A DNA stretch of 64,000 nt, taken from NCBI GenBank assembly GCA_902601455.1, contig CACKNC010000001.1:167162-231161 (forward strand). Reading direction: 5' to 3'. Of the stretch, positions 48,342-58,377 are shown in pieces; positions within the stretch are counted from its first letter, which is position 1, and each line of letters opens with the position of its first letter. This stretch comes from an uncultured Alphaproteobacteria bacterium (GTDB lineage: Bacteria > Pseudomonadota > Alphaproteobacteria > HIMB59 > GCA-002718135). Below the pieces are notes generated by a model. That model did not search any database. It was not told where the DNA came from and saw nothing but the letters and a program-made list of their open reading frames with translations. Made by a program: the position numbers and the translations under genes.

Positions 48342-49721
48342 ATGCTAAAAACTATATCCCCAATCGATAATTCTCTCTATTTGGAAATCCCTTATGCTAG
48401 TGACAGTACAATTGAAAATACATTGACTTTATCACATGAAGCAAAAACAATATGGAAAAATACAAGTTTGCAAGAAAGAAAAAAGTTAATTGCAAAGTTT
48501 GTTGAGAGTTTTTTATCTAATAATAAGGAAATTGAAGAAGAATTATCTAGGCAAATGGGAAGACCTATTTCTCAATGTGCTGGAGAATTGAGAGGTTTTG
48601 AAGAAAGAGCAAAATACATGATTGATAATGCAGAAAGAGCATTAGAAAAAGTCATTTCAAAAAATGATAATGAATTTGATAATTATGTAAATAAAGATCC
48701 ATTAGGTACAATATTTATAATAGCCCCTTGGAACTATCCATATAATACGTCTGTTAATTCTATTGTTCCAAGCTTGCTTGCCGGCAACTGTGTAATTTTA
48801 AAACACTCATCACAAACACCTTTATGTGCTGAGCAATTATTAAAAGCAGCTAAAAACTCTGGTATTCCAGAGAGTGTTTTTCAAATTTTACATTTAGAAC
48901 ATTCATCAACTTCTAGGATAATTTCTGATCATAGGATCAATCATGTTTTATTTACTGGGTCTGTCTCAGGAGGCAGAGAGATAAAAAAAGCTATTGGAAC
49001 AAGATTTATAGGAGCAGGATTAGAGTTAGGTGGGAAAGATCCTGCATATGTAAGGTCTGATTGCAACTTTGAACATACCGTAGAAAATTTAGTTGATGGT
49101 TCTTACTTTAATTCAGGTCAATCTTGTTGCGGAATTGAAAGAATATATGTTGATGAAAGTATATTTGATAATTTTGTTGAAGCTTTTAAAACACAAACAG
49201 AAAAATATATTCTTGATAATCCATTAGATAAATTGACTAACCTTGGCCCTGTTGTAAAATTGAGTGCAGCAAAAAATATTCGCAACCAAGTATTAAAAGC
49301 AATTAATGAAGGTGCTAAAAATATAATAGATGGATCTAAGTTTAAAAAAGATAGTTTGGAGAATTGTTACGTATCACCTTCAGCATTAATTAATGTAAGT
49401 CACGATATGGAATTCATGATGGAAGAAACCTTTGGGCCAACTGTTGGAATCATGAAAGTTAAAAATGAAAAAGATGCAGAAGCTTTGATGAATGATAGTG
49501 CATATGGGTTAACAGCAAGTGTGTGGACTTCTGATAAAGAATTTGCTGCTAACTTTGGAAATAAAATTCAAACAGGCACATTTTTTATGAATAGATGTGA
49601 CTATCTTGATCCAGGACTTGCATGGACTGGTGTAAAAGACACAGGAATGGGTATCACTTTATCTATTTTGGGATTTGATCATTTAACAAGAGCTAAAAGT
49701 TATCATTTAAGGAAAGTATAA
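48342..49721 (+). CDS. Aldehyde dehydrogenase
   Basis: APWNYPY, KHSSQTP, FTGSVSGG, LELGGKDPAYV, FNSGQSCCGIERIYV, EETFGP, NRCDYLDPGLAWTGVK. Confidence 0.92.
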   Translation: MLKTISPIDNSLYLEIPYASDSTIENTLTLSHEAKTIWKNTSLQERKKLIAKFVESFLSNNKEIEEELSRQMGRPISQCAGELRGFEERAKYMIDNAERALEKVISKNDNEFDNYVNKDPLGTIFIIAPWNYPYNTSVNSIVPSLLAGNCVILKHSSQTPLCAEQLLKAAKNSGIPESVFQILHLEHSSTSRIISDHRINHVLFTGSVSGGREIKKAIGTRFIGAGLELGGKDPAYVRSDCNFEHTVENLVDGSYFNSGQSCCGIERIYVDESIFDNFVEAFKTQTEKYILDNPLDKLTNLGPVVKLSAAKNIRNQVLKAINEGAKNIIDGSKFKKDSLENCYVSPSALINVSHDMEFMMEETFGPTVGIMKVKNEKDAEALMNDSAYGLTASVWTSDKEFAANFGNKIQTGTFFMNRCDYLDPGLAWTGVKDTGMGITLSILGFDHLTRAKSYHLRKV

Positions 49722-49725
49722 GTAT

Positions 49726-50874
49726 ATGATGTCAATGAATTGGAATTATCCAACAACTATATGGTTTGGCGATAAAAGAATTAATGAAATTCAAAAAGCT
49801 TGTGAGAGTTTAAATATACATAAGCCTCTCATTGTTACTGATCCAGGGATATTAAAAACTAATATTATTGAAAAAATTAATGCTTCTTTAACATATAAGG
49901 CAAATATATTTAGTGATGTTCAGTCAAATCCAACTGGAAAAAATGTTGAACTTGGAGTTTCATATTTTAATTCAAATACTCATGATGGAGTAATAGCTGT
50001 TGGAGGAGGGTCAGGAATGGATGTTGGTAAAGGTATAGCTTTTATGGCTGGACAAGATAGGTCTTTATGGGATTTTGAAGATATAGGTGATTATTGGACT
50101 CGAGCTAATAGTGAAGCAATAAAACCTATCATTGCTGTTCCAACTACAGCTGGTACTGGTTCAGAAACAGGAAGAGCTGGTGTTTATACAAATGAAGAAA
50201 CAAAGGAAAAAAAAATAATTTTCCATCCTAAAATGCTTCCTTCAATAGTTATATTAGATCCTGAATTAACTGTGCCTTTGCCTAAATCTTTGACAGCATT
50301 TACAGGTATGGATGCACTGGCTCATTGTTTAGAGGCGTATTGTTCAAATTTTTTCCATCCTTTTTCCCAAGGAATTGCACTTGAGGGAATGTTTATTGTC
50401 AAAAATAATTTAATCAAAGCTTATCATGATGGATCAAATTTAGAAGCAAGAGGAAATATGTTAGCCGCATCTTCAATGGGATCTATTGCTTTTCAAAAAG
50501 GACTAGGGGCAATTCATTCTCTTAGTCATCCAGTTGGTGCAATTTATAATACTCATCACGGTCTTACTAATGCTGTTTTTATGCCTTATGTTTTAAAAAG
50601 AAATAAAAAAGTAATTGAAGAAAAAATAATTTCTTTGTCAAGATATTTAAATTTAGATGATCAAACTTTTGAAGGATTTATGAGTTGGATATTGTACTTA
50701 AGAGAGGAGTTGTCAATTCCTCATACTTTAAAGGAACTTATTCATGATGAATCAAAGTTTGAAGATATGAGTAAGATGGCAAAAGATGATCCATCAACTG
50801 GAGGTAATCCTATTCCTTTTGAAATAAACGATTTCTATAATTTATATAAAGACTCTTATTCTGGGATATTATAA
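49726..50874 (+). CDS. Iron-containing alcohol dehydrogenase
   Basis: NWNYPT, GGGSGMD, PTTAGTGSE, GMDALAHCLE, HSLSH, HHG. Confidence 0.92.
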   Translation: MMSMNWNYPTTIWFGDKRINEIQKACESLNIHKPLIVTDPGILKTNIIEKINASLTYKANIFSDVQSNPTGKNVELGVSYFNSNTHDGVIAVGGGSGMDVGKGIAFMAGQDRSLWDFEDIGDYWTRANSEAIKPIIAVPTTAGTGSETGRAGVYTNEETKEKKIIFHPKMLPSIVILDPELTVPLPKSLTAFTGMDALAHCLEAYCSNFFHPFSQGIALEGMFIVKNNLIKAYHDGSNLEARGNMLAASSMGSIAFQKGLGAIHSLSHPVGAIYNTHHGLTNAVFMPYVLKRNKKVIEEKIISLSRYLNLDDQTFEGFMSWILYLREELSIPHTLKELIHDESKFEDMSKMAKDDPSTGGNPIPFEINDFYNLYKDSYSGIL

Positions 50875-50886
50875 AAAAATCTTAAA

Positions 50887-52389
50887 TTATAGTGTTGGAT
50901 CTATTATCCATGGATTAAACTCATCATCACCGTAGCCATTAATTTCACTTTTTGATTTTTCTCCAGAGGCAACTGCAATTATTTTATTAAATATTTCTTT
51001 TCCAATTTCTTCTATCGTTTTTTCATTATCCATGATGGTTCCAGCATTTATATCCATATCTTCTTCAAGTTTATTATACATATTTGTGTTTGTTGCTATT
51101 TTAATACTCGGAGTAGGTTTAAATCCAAAACAAGAACCTCTTCCTGTAGTAAAACAGATTATATTTGCTCCTGATGCAACTTGACCAGTTACTGATACAG
51201 GATCATAACCAGGGCCATTCATAAAATTAAAACCTTTTGTCTTTACTGGTTCTCCATAATCAAGCACATCGACCATGGGTGAGTTTCCACTTTTAGCAAC
51301 TGCTCCGAGCGATTTTTCTAATATTGTAGTTAAGCCTCCTCTTTTATTTCCTGGAGATGGGTTGTTATCTAAGGTGCTATGATTTTTTGTAAGGTGTTCT
51401 TTCCACCAATCAATTTGTTTTTCAATTTTTTCAATATTTTTTTTATTAATTGATCTTTCAAATAGTAAATGTTCTGCACCATAAATTTCAGTTGTCTCTG
51501 ATAAGATTGATGATCCTCCATGATTAATTATCATATCTGATGCAATCCCAAGAGCTGGGTTGGCAGTAATACCAGAATAGGAGTCGGATCCCCCACATTG
51601 TAAGGCAACATTTAGTTCTGATATTGGTATTAGTGTTCTTTTAATATTATTGATTGTTTCGAGTTCGTTTATTATTTTCTCACTTACCTTATTTATAATT
51701 TCTTTTGTTCCTCCCTCATCTTGAATATTCAAATATTCAATATTCTTTTCTAACTGACTTTGATTATATAAAGAAATTTGAGCACACTCACACCCTAAAC
51801 CAATTACATATACTTTCCCAAAATTTGGATGAACTTTAAAACCTTCTATCGTTCTATTAAAGGTGCTCATTCCATACCCACTATTATTCATTCCACATCC
51901 AGATGAATGCTTTAAGCAAACAGCACCATCAATATTTATAAAATCTTTCTTAGATAGATATTCGTTTATTTTATCTGCAATTTTTTTAACAACTGTCGCT
52001 GAGCAATTTACAGTACTTATGAGACCTATATAATTTCTAGTACCTGAAGAACCATCAATCCTTTTATAGCCATGAAAGAATTTTTCTTTCTTATTTTCTA
52101 TTTTATTTTTTGTTAAGAACTCATTATTATATTTTCTATCAAATTCTGAAAATTCTAGATTATGTGAATGAACATGTCTACCTTTGTCAATGTCACACCG
52201 AGTAATCCCAATGATTTGACCGTATCTATAAACATATTCTCCCTTACTTATTTTTTTTAGTGATATTTTATGACCATATGGAATTTTATCTTTTGATGTA
52301 AGATTAAGGGTGGTTTCTACATTTTCAGGAATATCCATTGTGGCTATTCCAATATTATCTTTTTCATTTAATTTGATTATGTTAAACAT
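50887..52389 (-). CDS. UxaA/GarD-family sugar-acid dehydratase with N-terminal SAF domain
   Basis: DNIGIA, IPYGHK, VHSHN, GTRNY, STVNCSATV, GLGCE, QCGGSD, NNPSPGNKRGGLTTILEKSLG, FTTGRGS. Confidence 0.9.
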   Translation of the reverse strand: MFNIIKLNEKDNIGIATMDIPENVETTLNLTSKDKIPYGHKISLKKISKGEYVYRYGQIIGITRCDIDKGRHVHSHNLEFSEFDRKYNNEFLTKNKIENKKEKFFHGYKRIDGSSGTRNYIGLISTVNCSATVVKKIADKINEYLSKKDFINIDGAVCLKHSSGCGMNNSGYGMSTFNRTIEGFKVHPNFGKVYVIGLGCECAQISLYNQSQLEKNIEYLNIQDEGGTKEIINKVSEKIINELETINNIKRTLIPISELNVALQCGGSDSYSGITANPALGIASDMIINHGGSSILSETTEIYGAEHLLFERSINKKNIEKIEKQIDWWKEHLTKNHSTLDNNPSPGNKRGGLTTILEKSLGAVAKSGNSPMVDVLDYGEPVKTKGFNFMNGPGYDPVSVTGQVASGANIICFTTGRGSCFGFKPTPSIKIATNTNMYNKLEEDMDINAGTIMDNEKTIEEIGKEIFNKIIAVASGEKSKSEINGYGDDEFNPWIIDPTL

Positions 52390-52423
52390 TTGTTATTATA
52401 TAAAATATTATTAAAAAAAAATC

Positions 52424-53194
52424 ATGAATGAAATTGCAATTTATCCCTCACTTAAAAATAAAGTAGTTATAATTACAGGTGGAGCACAAGGTATAGGTGA
52501 GAGTATTGTTGAACAATTTATAAAACAACAGTCTAAAGTCGCTTTTTTGGATATAGATGAAAAAGCTGCAGAGAATTTAGTTAACAAAATGAAATTAGAA
52601 TATAAACAAACTCCTTTATTTATTAAATGTGATCTAAAGGATATTGATCAACTTAAAAATTCTATTTCATTAGTAAGAGAGAAATTAGGAAGTATATCTG
52701 TTTTAGTAAATAATGCTGCAAATGATGAAAGGCATGATATTGATTCAGTGACCCCTGAATTTTGGGATGATAGAATGAATATAAACTTAAGACATTATTT
52801 TTTTGCTGCTCAATCTGTTTATAAAGATATGAAAGAGCTTGGTTGGGGGACTATAGTAAATATAGGTAGTTTTTCTTGGATGATTGCTCAAGGAGGTATG
52901 CCTGGTTACACAACTGCAAAATCTGCTGTGATGGGATTAACACGCACACTAGCAAGAGATCTTGGTGTTTATAACGTTAGAGTTAATTGTATTGTTCCTG
53001 GTTGGATTATTACTGAAAGACAAAAAAAACTTTGGCTTACGGATGAGATTAAAAAAAATCAATTAGAACGGCAATGTATTAAGAGAATGTTAATGCCTGA
53101 AGACATTTCAAAAGCAGTTCTGTTTTTTGCCTCTGATCAAAGTTCGGGGTGTACTGCTCAAAATTATGTGATTGATGGAGGAATAGTAAATTAA
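52424..53194 (+). CDS. SDR aldose 1-dehydrogenase (XylB/GalD/SedA-like clade)
   Basis: AIYPSL, TGGAQGIG, NNAANDERH, WDDRMNINLRHYFF, YTTAK, PGWIITERQ. Confidence 0.8.
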   Translation: MNEIAIYPSLKNKVVIITGGAQGIGESIVEQFIKQQSKVAFLDIDEKAAENLVNKMKLEYKQTPLFIKCDLKDIDQLKNSISLVREKLGSISVLVNNAANDERHDIDSVTPEFWDDRMNINLRHYFFAAQSVYKDMKELGWGTIVNIGSFSWMIAQGGMPGYTTAKSAVMGLTRTLARDLGVYNVRVNCIVPGWIITERQKKLWLTDEIKKNQLERQCIKRMLMPEDISKAVLFFASDQSSGCTAQNYVIDGGIVN

Positions 53195-54393
53195 TGAAAA
53201 AAAAAGCAAAGATAGCTTTTGGTAAACTTGATCTGTTAAGAAATGATCAATTAAATAATAAAAATAAAATTAATATTGGTTTTATTGGTGGTGGCCCAAA
53301 TTCATTTATTGGCTATACACATAGATTGGCTGCGCGATTTGATAATAGATTTGAATTTGTTGCAGGTGTTTTTTCAAAAGATAAAAAAAAATCTAAAGAA
53401 TTTGGAAAGTCTCTCGGTTTAGATCCAAATCGTTGTTACAATGATTATAAAATAATGGCAAAAAAGGAGTCATCAAGATCTGATGGTGTTCAAGCTATCG
53501 GTATTATGACACCATCAGGTGATCATTATAAAATTGCTAGAGAATTTATTAAAAATAATGTTCATATTATTTGTGATAAACCATTAACTTCAAAAGTAGA
53601 AGATGCATTAGCATTAGAAAAACTTGTTAATAAAAATAAAATTGTTTTTGCGCTTACACATAACTATTCAGGTTATCCTATGTTGAGAGAGGCAAAAAAA
53701 TTGGTTGAAAAAAATAAAATTGGAAAAATAAAAGTAATTAATGTTGAATATCCTCAAGGATACACAGTTGCTGTTAAAAAAAAGGATGAAAAAAGTACAT
53801 TAAAATGGAGATTAGATAAAAATATGTGTGGACCCTCAATGATTTTGGCTGAAATTGGAACTCATGCTTATCATCTCATGAGATACGTTACAGGACTTGA
53901 AGTAAAGGAAGTATCAGCAGAAGTTAATTCTCTGTCTGATGAGATAACAGTAGATGATAATGCCTTTATGACAGTTAGAATGAATAATAAAGCAAGAGGT
54001 TCAATATGGGTATCCTCAGCAGCTACCGGAGGAGAAAACGGTCTAAAGATAAGAGTGTATGGAACAAAAGGTGCTGTTGAATGGTTGCAGGATGATCCAA
54101 ATATTTTAAAATTTACAGAATTAAATTCTTCAATACAAATCATTACTCGTGCAAGTGATGCTGTTTCAGACTTATCTATACAATCATCAAGAGTTGCAGC
54201 TGGTCATCCTGAAGGATTTTTTGAAGCATTCGCTAATATTTACACAGAGTTTGCTGACTCAATTCAAGCAAATTCAAAAAAAAATAAACACAAATTAGTG
54301 CACCCTACTGTTAACGATGGAGTAATGGGAATTAAATTTATTTTTGCAGCAAAAAAATCTTCTAATTTAAATTCTAAATGGGTAAAAATTTAA
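53194..54393 (+). CDS. Gfo/Idh/MocA-family oxidoreductase
   Basis: IGGGPNSFIGYTHR, ICDKP, HNYSGYPM, WRLD, EIGTHA, GHPEGFFEAFANIY. Confidence 0.88.
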   Translation: MKKKAKIAFGKLDLLRNDQLNNKNKINIGFIGGGPNSFIGYTHRLAARFDNRFEFVAGVFSKDKKKSKEFGKSLGLDPNRCYNDYKIMAKKESSRSDGVQAIGIMTPSGDHYKIAREFIKNNVHIICDKPLTSKVEDALALEKLVNKNKIVFALTHNYSGYPMLREAKKLVEKNKIGKIKVINVEYPQGYTVAVKKKDEKSTLKWRLDKNMCGPSMILAEIGTHAYHLMRYVTGLEVKEVSAEVNSLSDEITVDDNAFMTVRMNNKARGSIWVSSAATGGENGLKIRVYGTKGAVEWLQDDPNILKFTELNSSIQIITRASDAVSDLSIQSSRVAAGHPEGFFEAFANIYTEFADSIQANSKKNKHKLVHPTVNDGVMGIKFIFAAKKSSNLNSKWVKI

Positions 54394-54437
54394 TTTTACA
54401 ACTTGATTTTAAAATCTTGATCTGATCTAACTTTGGA

Positions 54438-55442
54438 ATGATTAATTTTACTTTACTCGGTGCTGGCAGAATAGGAAAAATGCATGCAAAAATTATTTCA
54501 GAACATGAAGATGCAAATTTAGTTAATGTTTACGATGTGAATCAAGAATTTGCTTCTCAGGTCGCAAGTGATAACAAGGCAAATATTGCAAAATCTGCAA
54601 TGGATGCAGTTCAGGATGAAAATGTAGATGCGGTTTTAATTGCTTCAGCAACGCCGACACATACTGAATATTTAATTATGTCTTCTGAAGCAGATAAACC
54701 TGTTTTATGTGAGAAGCCTATTGATTTAGATATAAATAAAGTAAATGAGTGTAGAGATAGAATTTCAGGTTCTACAAATTTAATACAAATAGGGTTTAAT
54801 AGACGATTTGATAAGAGTCACGCTAGTCTTAAACAAGCTTATAGTAATGGTGAAATTGGTGAATTAGAAAAAATTATTATTACTAGTCGTGATCCATCCC
54901 CTCCAGGACTAGATTATTTAAATGCAGCAGGTGGATTTTTTAGAGATACTACGATTCATGACTTTGATCTTTCCAGATTTATTTTAGGGGATGATCCGAT
55001 TGTTGAAATTTCTGCATTTGGAGATAATTTGTTTGATGAAAATGCAAAAATTGCTAATGACTTTGATACCGCAATGTTCATCCTTAGATCTAAAGCAGGT
55101 GTGTTAATTCATATAAATAATTCTCGAAGAGCTGTTTATGGTTATGATCAACGTGTAGAAATTTTTGGTAGTAAAGGAATGATGATTTCAGGTAATCAAA
55201 CTCCAACATCAGTTAGAAAATACACAGACACCCACACTTCAAGTAAAGAGCCAATATATAATTTTTTTATTGAAAGGTATGAGCAAGCTTATAAAGATCA
55301 GCTAAATGAATTTATTGCATCTGTAAAATCTAAAAGTAAATCCAAAGTTACTTTTGAGGATGGAAGGAACGCACTTATTTTGGCAAACGCTGCTTATGAG
55401 TCTCAAAATAATAAAAAAGTTGTATCAATTGATTTTTCATGA
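54438..55442 (+). CDS. iolG: myo-Inositol 2-dehydrogenase
   Basis: GAGRIG, TPTH, CEKPID, GFNRRFD, ITSRDP, GGFFRDTTIHDFD, NSRRAVYGYDQRVE, FFIERY. Confidence 0.85.
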   Translation: MINFTLLGAGRIGKMHAKIISEHEDANLVNVYDVNQEFASQVASDNKANIAKSAMDAVQDENVDAVLIASATPTHTEYLIMSSEADKPVLCEKPIDLDINKVNECRDRISGSTNLIQIGFNRRFDKSHASLKQAYSNGEIGELEKIIITSRDPSPPGLDYLNAAGGFFRDTTIHDFDLSRFILGDDPIVEISAFGDNLFDENAKIANDFDTAMFILRSKAGVLIHINNSRRAVYGYDQRVEIFGSKGMMISGNQTPTSVRKYTDTHTSSKEPIYNFFIERYEQAYKDQLNEFIASVKSKSKSKVTFEDGRNALILANAAYESQNNKKVVSIDFS

Positions 55443-55456
55443 ACTAAAGGATCTAT

Positions 55457-56308
55457 ATGAGTGATTATGTAACAAATCAATCTAGTCAATTTGAAGGTAA
55501 AGTAATTATTATAACTGGTAGTACTCAAGGAAGTGGAGCTGAAACTGCTAAACTTTTTTCTGCAAGAGGTGCTAAAGCAATAACAATTTGTGGCAGACAA
55601 GAAAATAAGGGGAATCAGATCAAAAAAGAAATTGAAGAACTAGGTTCTAAGTGCCTGTATGTTAAAGCTGATTTATCAAAAGTAGATGATTGTAAAAAAA
55701 TTGTTCAACTTACTGATAAAGAGTTTGGAACAGTTCACTCACTAGTTAACGTTGCAGGTTATACTGAAAGAGGAACTATCTTAAGTGCAACTCTTGAGAA
55801 TTATGAAAACAATTTTAATGTAAATGCTAGAGCTCCTTTTATACTTACTCAAGAAGTGGTTAAAATAATGATAAGAGACAAAAACAAAGGAACTATTGCA
55901 AACCTATTATCAATGGCAATGTATAGTGGCATGCCTTTTTTAACTGCTTATAGCGGTTCAAAGGCAGCTTTGGCGATTATGACAAAAAATATTGCAAATT
56001 CCTTAGCAGGTCATCAAATCAGAGTTAATGCATTAAATATTGGCTGGACAGATACTCCTGCAGAGCATGATATACAAAAAAGAGTACATAACAAAGGAGA
56101 CGATTGGCTCGAACAAGAGGAGAGTAAAGTTCCATTTAAAAGATTAACAAAAACAATAGATGTAGCAAAGGGTCTTGCTTTCATGTGCTCAGAAGAATCA
56201 GGATTGATGACAGGAAGTGTAATTGATTTTGATCAAACTGTTAATGGTTGGCATTCTTACTCTGCATATGAGACTAAAATTTTAGATGATAGTTTATTAG
56301 GAGAGTAA
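55457..56308 (+). CDS. SDR-family oxidoreductase
   Basis: TGSTQGSG, VNVAG, YSGSK, RVNALNIGW, MTGSVIDFDQ. Confidence 0.88.
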   Translation: MSDYVTNQSSQFEGKVIIITGSTQGSGAETAKLFSARGAKAITICGRQENKGNQIKKEIEELGSKCLYVKADLSKVDDCKKIVQLTDKEFGTVHSLVNVAGYTERGTILSATLENYENNFNVNARAPFILTQEVVKIMIRDKNKGTIANLLSMAMYSGMPFLTAYSGSKAALAIMTKNIANSLAGHQIRVNALNIGWTDTPAEHDIQKRVHNKGDDWLEQEESKVPFKRLTKTIDVAKGLAFMCSEESGLMTGSVIDFDQTVNGWHSYSAYETKILDDSLLGE

Positions 56309-58369
56309 TTAATTAATACCTAAAAGCTTTTTTCTTTCGTCAGCCCAAGTTCTAATTAAATTATCTACAGCAAGACATATAAAAGAAATAAATATTCCAA
56401 GTGTAAAACCAATTCCTGCTCCATTAGGTCGAGAAAGACTCCCCATAATTAATTGACCTAGATCCTCAGTTCCAATTAATGCACCAAGTACAATCATCAT
56501 TAAAGCGAAGATTACAGTCTGATTTATACCAAGCATTATGTGAGGCAATGCCAAGGGAAGGTCTATCAATCTCCATCTCTGCATTTTTGATACGCCAGAC
56601 ATTGATCCAGCATCATGTAAAGATGGTGGAACACTTCTTAAACCCTCAACAGTATACCTAGTTGCAGGAACACTTGCATACACAATAGCAGCTATCATTA
56701 CTGAAGTATCTGTAATGCCAAACAGAAGTATGACTGGTATTAGATATATAAACGATGGAAATGTTTGGAAAAAATCACATAGTGATAAAATAGATTTACT
56801 TGCAAATTCATTTTGAGCACATAAAGATCCAACCACTATTCCAGAAATAGCAGATACACCAACCGCAAACGTTGCCATATATAGAGTGATAAGAGTTCTA
56901 TCCCAGTATTCTGAAAGTGCGATGAAGAGTATGAGACTACCTACAATTAGGCAAGATCTGATCCCACCTATTATATAGCCTGCGCCCATGAACAGAACAA
57001 AAGTTGAAACTACAGGCATATTAAGATAAGCTTGTTTCATTGGGCCTAAAACATTTGTTAATAAAAAAATATTAAATGTATTAAGATAATAAAAAAATGT
57101 ATTCCATATCCAATCAACAAAAGCATCTAATATAGGAGATACAGTAAGACCTTTATTAAAAGGTATTAAATACAAATAATTAAATCCTTTAGGAAAATAA
57201 TAAGAAGAAATAACAGCAACTATTGAGCAGATAATAGTTAGAAAAATAAAAAAAATAGATAATCTATTTCGTTGAAAAAAACTAAGATTTGCAAAATAAT
57301 CCTTTTGTTTATTAGCCCATGCTAAAGATAATTTATCTAAAACTACTGCAATAATTACTACACATATGCCAATTTCAGCAGCTTTTCCTATTTTAAGAGA
57401 GTTCAAAGCCACCTTTAAATTAAACCCAAGACCTTTTGCTCCAATAAACGCTGCAATAGTTGTCATTGCTAAACATTGCATAATAACCTGATTTACACCT
57501 ATTAAAATATCTCTTCTTGCTGTGGGTATTAATACTCTAAACAATAGTTGAAATTTATTACACCCACTCATAAGGCCAGACTCAATTACTTCTGGTGATA
57601 TTTTTTTTAATCCAAGAATAGTTAATCTTACCATTGGTGGAGTGGCAAAAATTATTGTTGCTATAGATCCTGCGTGATCACCAACACCAAATAAAACAAC
57701 TATAGGCACTAAGTAAGAAAAGTGAGGCATAGTTTGAGCCACATTTAAAATTGGTTGCAGTGCAGCTTCAACTCTTTTACTGAGGTAACCCCATATACCT
57801 AATGACAGACCTAGAATAAAACATACCGGAGCTGTAAATAATACCAAAGATAAAGTTTGCATTGAAGGTTCCCATTGACCAAAAACAGAAACATAAAAAA
57901 ATCCTATCCCAGCTATTACTGCTAGTCTTATGCCCTCAAGCTTATAGCCAATCAAAGCTGCTCCAATTACAACTGCTGTCCATGGAAGTGCGGGTAAATA
58001 TAACCATGAAAATGTTTTAGTAAGACCATCACCTAAAACAGCAGATACTGTTTGATACCCACCTAAAAAGATCTCCCTTATAAATATTATAAAAAATAAA
58101 ACTGAGTTAGATATTGACCGAGTAACTATTCTAAATAGAGTTTTATCTTCATACATCTGCCAATCTGGATCCCATATTGGTATAGTAAACCAGTTGAACA
58201 TCAGGTTATCTAAAAGTGCATTAAACATTAAAGGAATATTTTTTAATAAAGGAGGCAATCTCCACAAATAACTATTCTCATTTTTAGGTATGAAAAAATA
58301 TAAAATTAGAAAAATAAAAAAAAGAAAAATAAACTGTCTTTGTCTGGAGTTTTTAATAACATCAAACAT
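56309..58369 (-). CDS. tmoV: TMAO ABC transporter permease TmoV (two fused ProW-like domains)
   Basis: Two permease repeats (QTMPHFSYLVP..PPMVRLTILGL; QTFPSFIYLIP..PATRYTVEGL); operon with tmoXW. Confidence 0.8.
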   Translation of the reverse strand: MFDVIKNSRQRQFIFLFFIFLILYFFIPKNENSYLWRLPPLLKNIPLMFNALLDNLMFNWFTIPIWDPDWQMYEDKTLFRIVTRSISNSVLFFIIFIREIFLGGYQTVSAVLGDGLTKTFSWLYLPALPWTAVVIGAALIGYKLEGIRLAVIAGIGFFYVSVFGQWEPSMQTLSLVLFTAPVCFILGLSLGIWGYLSKRVEAALQPILNVAQTMPHFSYLVPIVVLFGVGDHAGSIATIIFATPPMVRLTILGLKKISPEVIESGLMSGCNKFQLLFRVLIPTARRDILIGVNQVIMQCLAMTTIAAFIGAKGLGFNLKVALNSLKIGKAAEIGICVVIIAVVLDKLSLAWANKQKDYFANLSFFQRNRLSIFFIFLTIICSIVAVISSYYFPKGFNYLYLIPFNKGLTVSPILDAFVDWIWNTFFYYLNTFNIFLLTNVLGPMKQAYLNMPVVSTFVLFMGAGYIIGGIRSCLIVGSLILFIALSEYWDRTLITLYMATFAVGVSAISGIVVGSLCAQNEFASKSILSLCDFFQTFPSFIYLIPVILLFGITDTSVMIAAIVYASVPATRYTVEGLRSVPPSLHDAGSMSGVSKMQRWRLIDLPLALPHIMLGINQTVIFALMMIVLGALIGTEDLGQLIMGSLSRPNGAGIGFTLGIFISFICLAVDNLIRTWADERKKLLGIN

Positions 58370-58377
58370 TAAAATAT

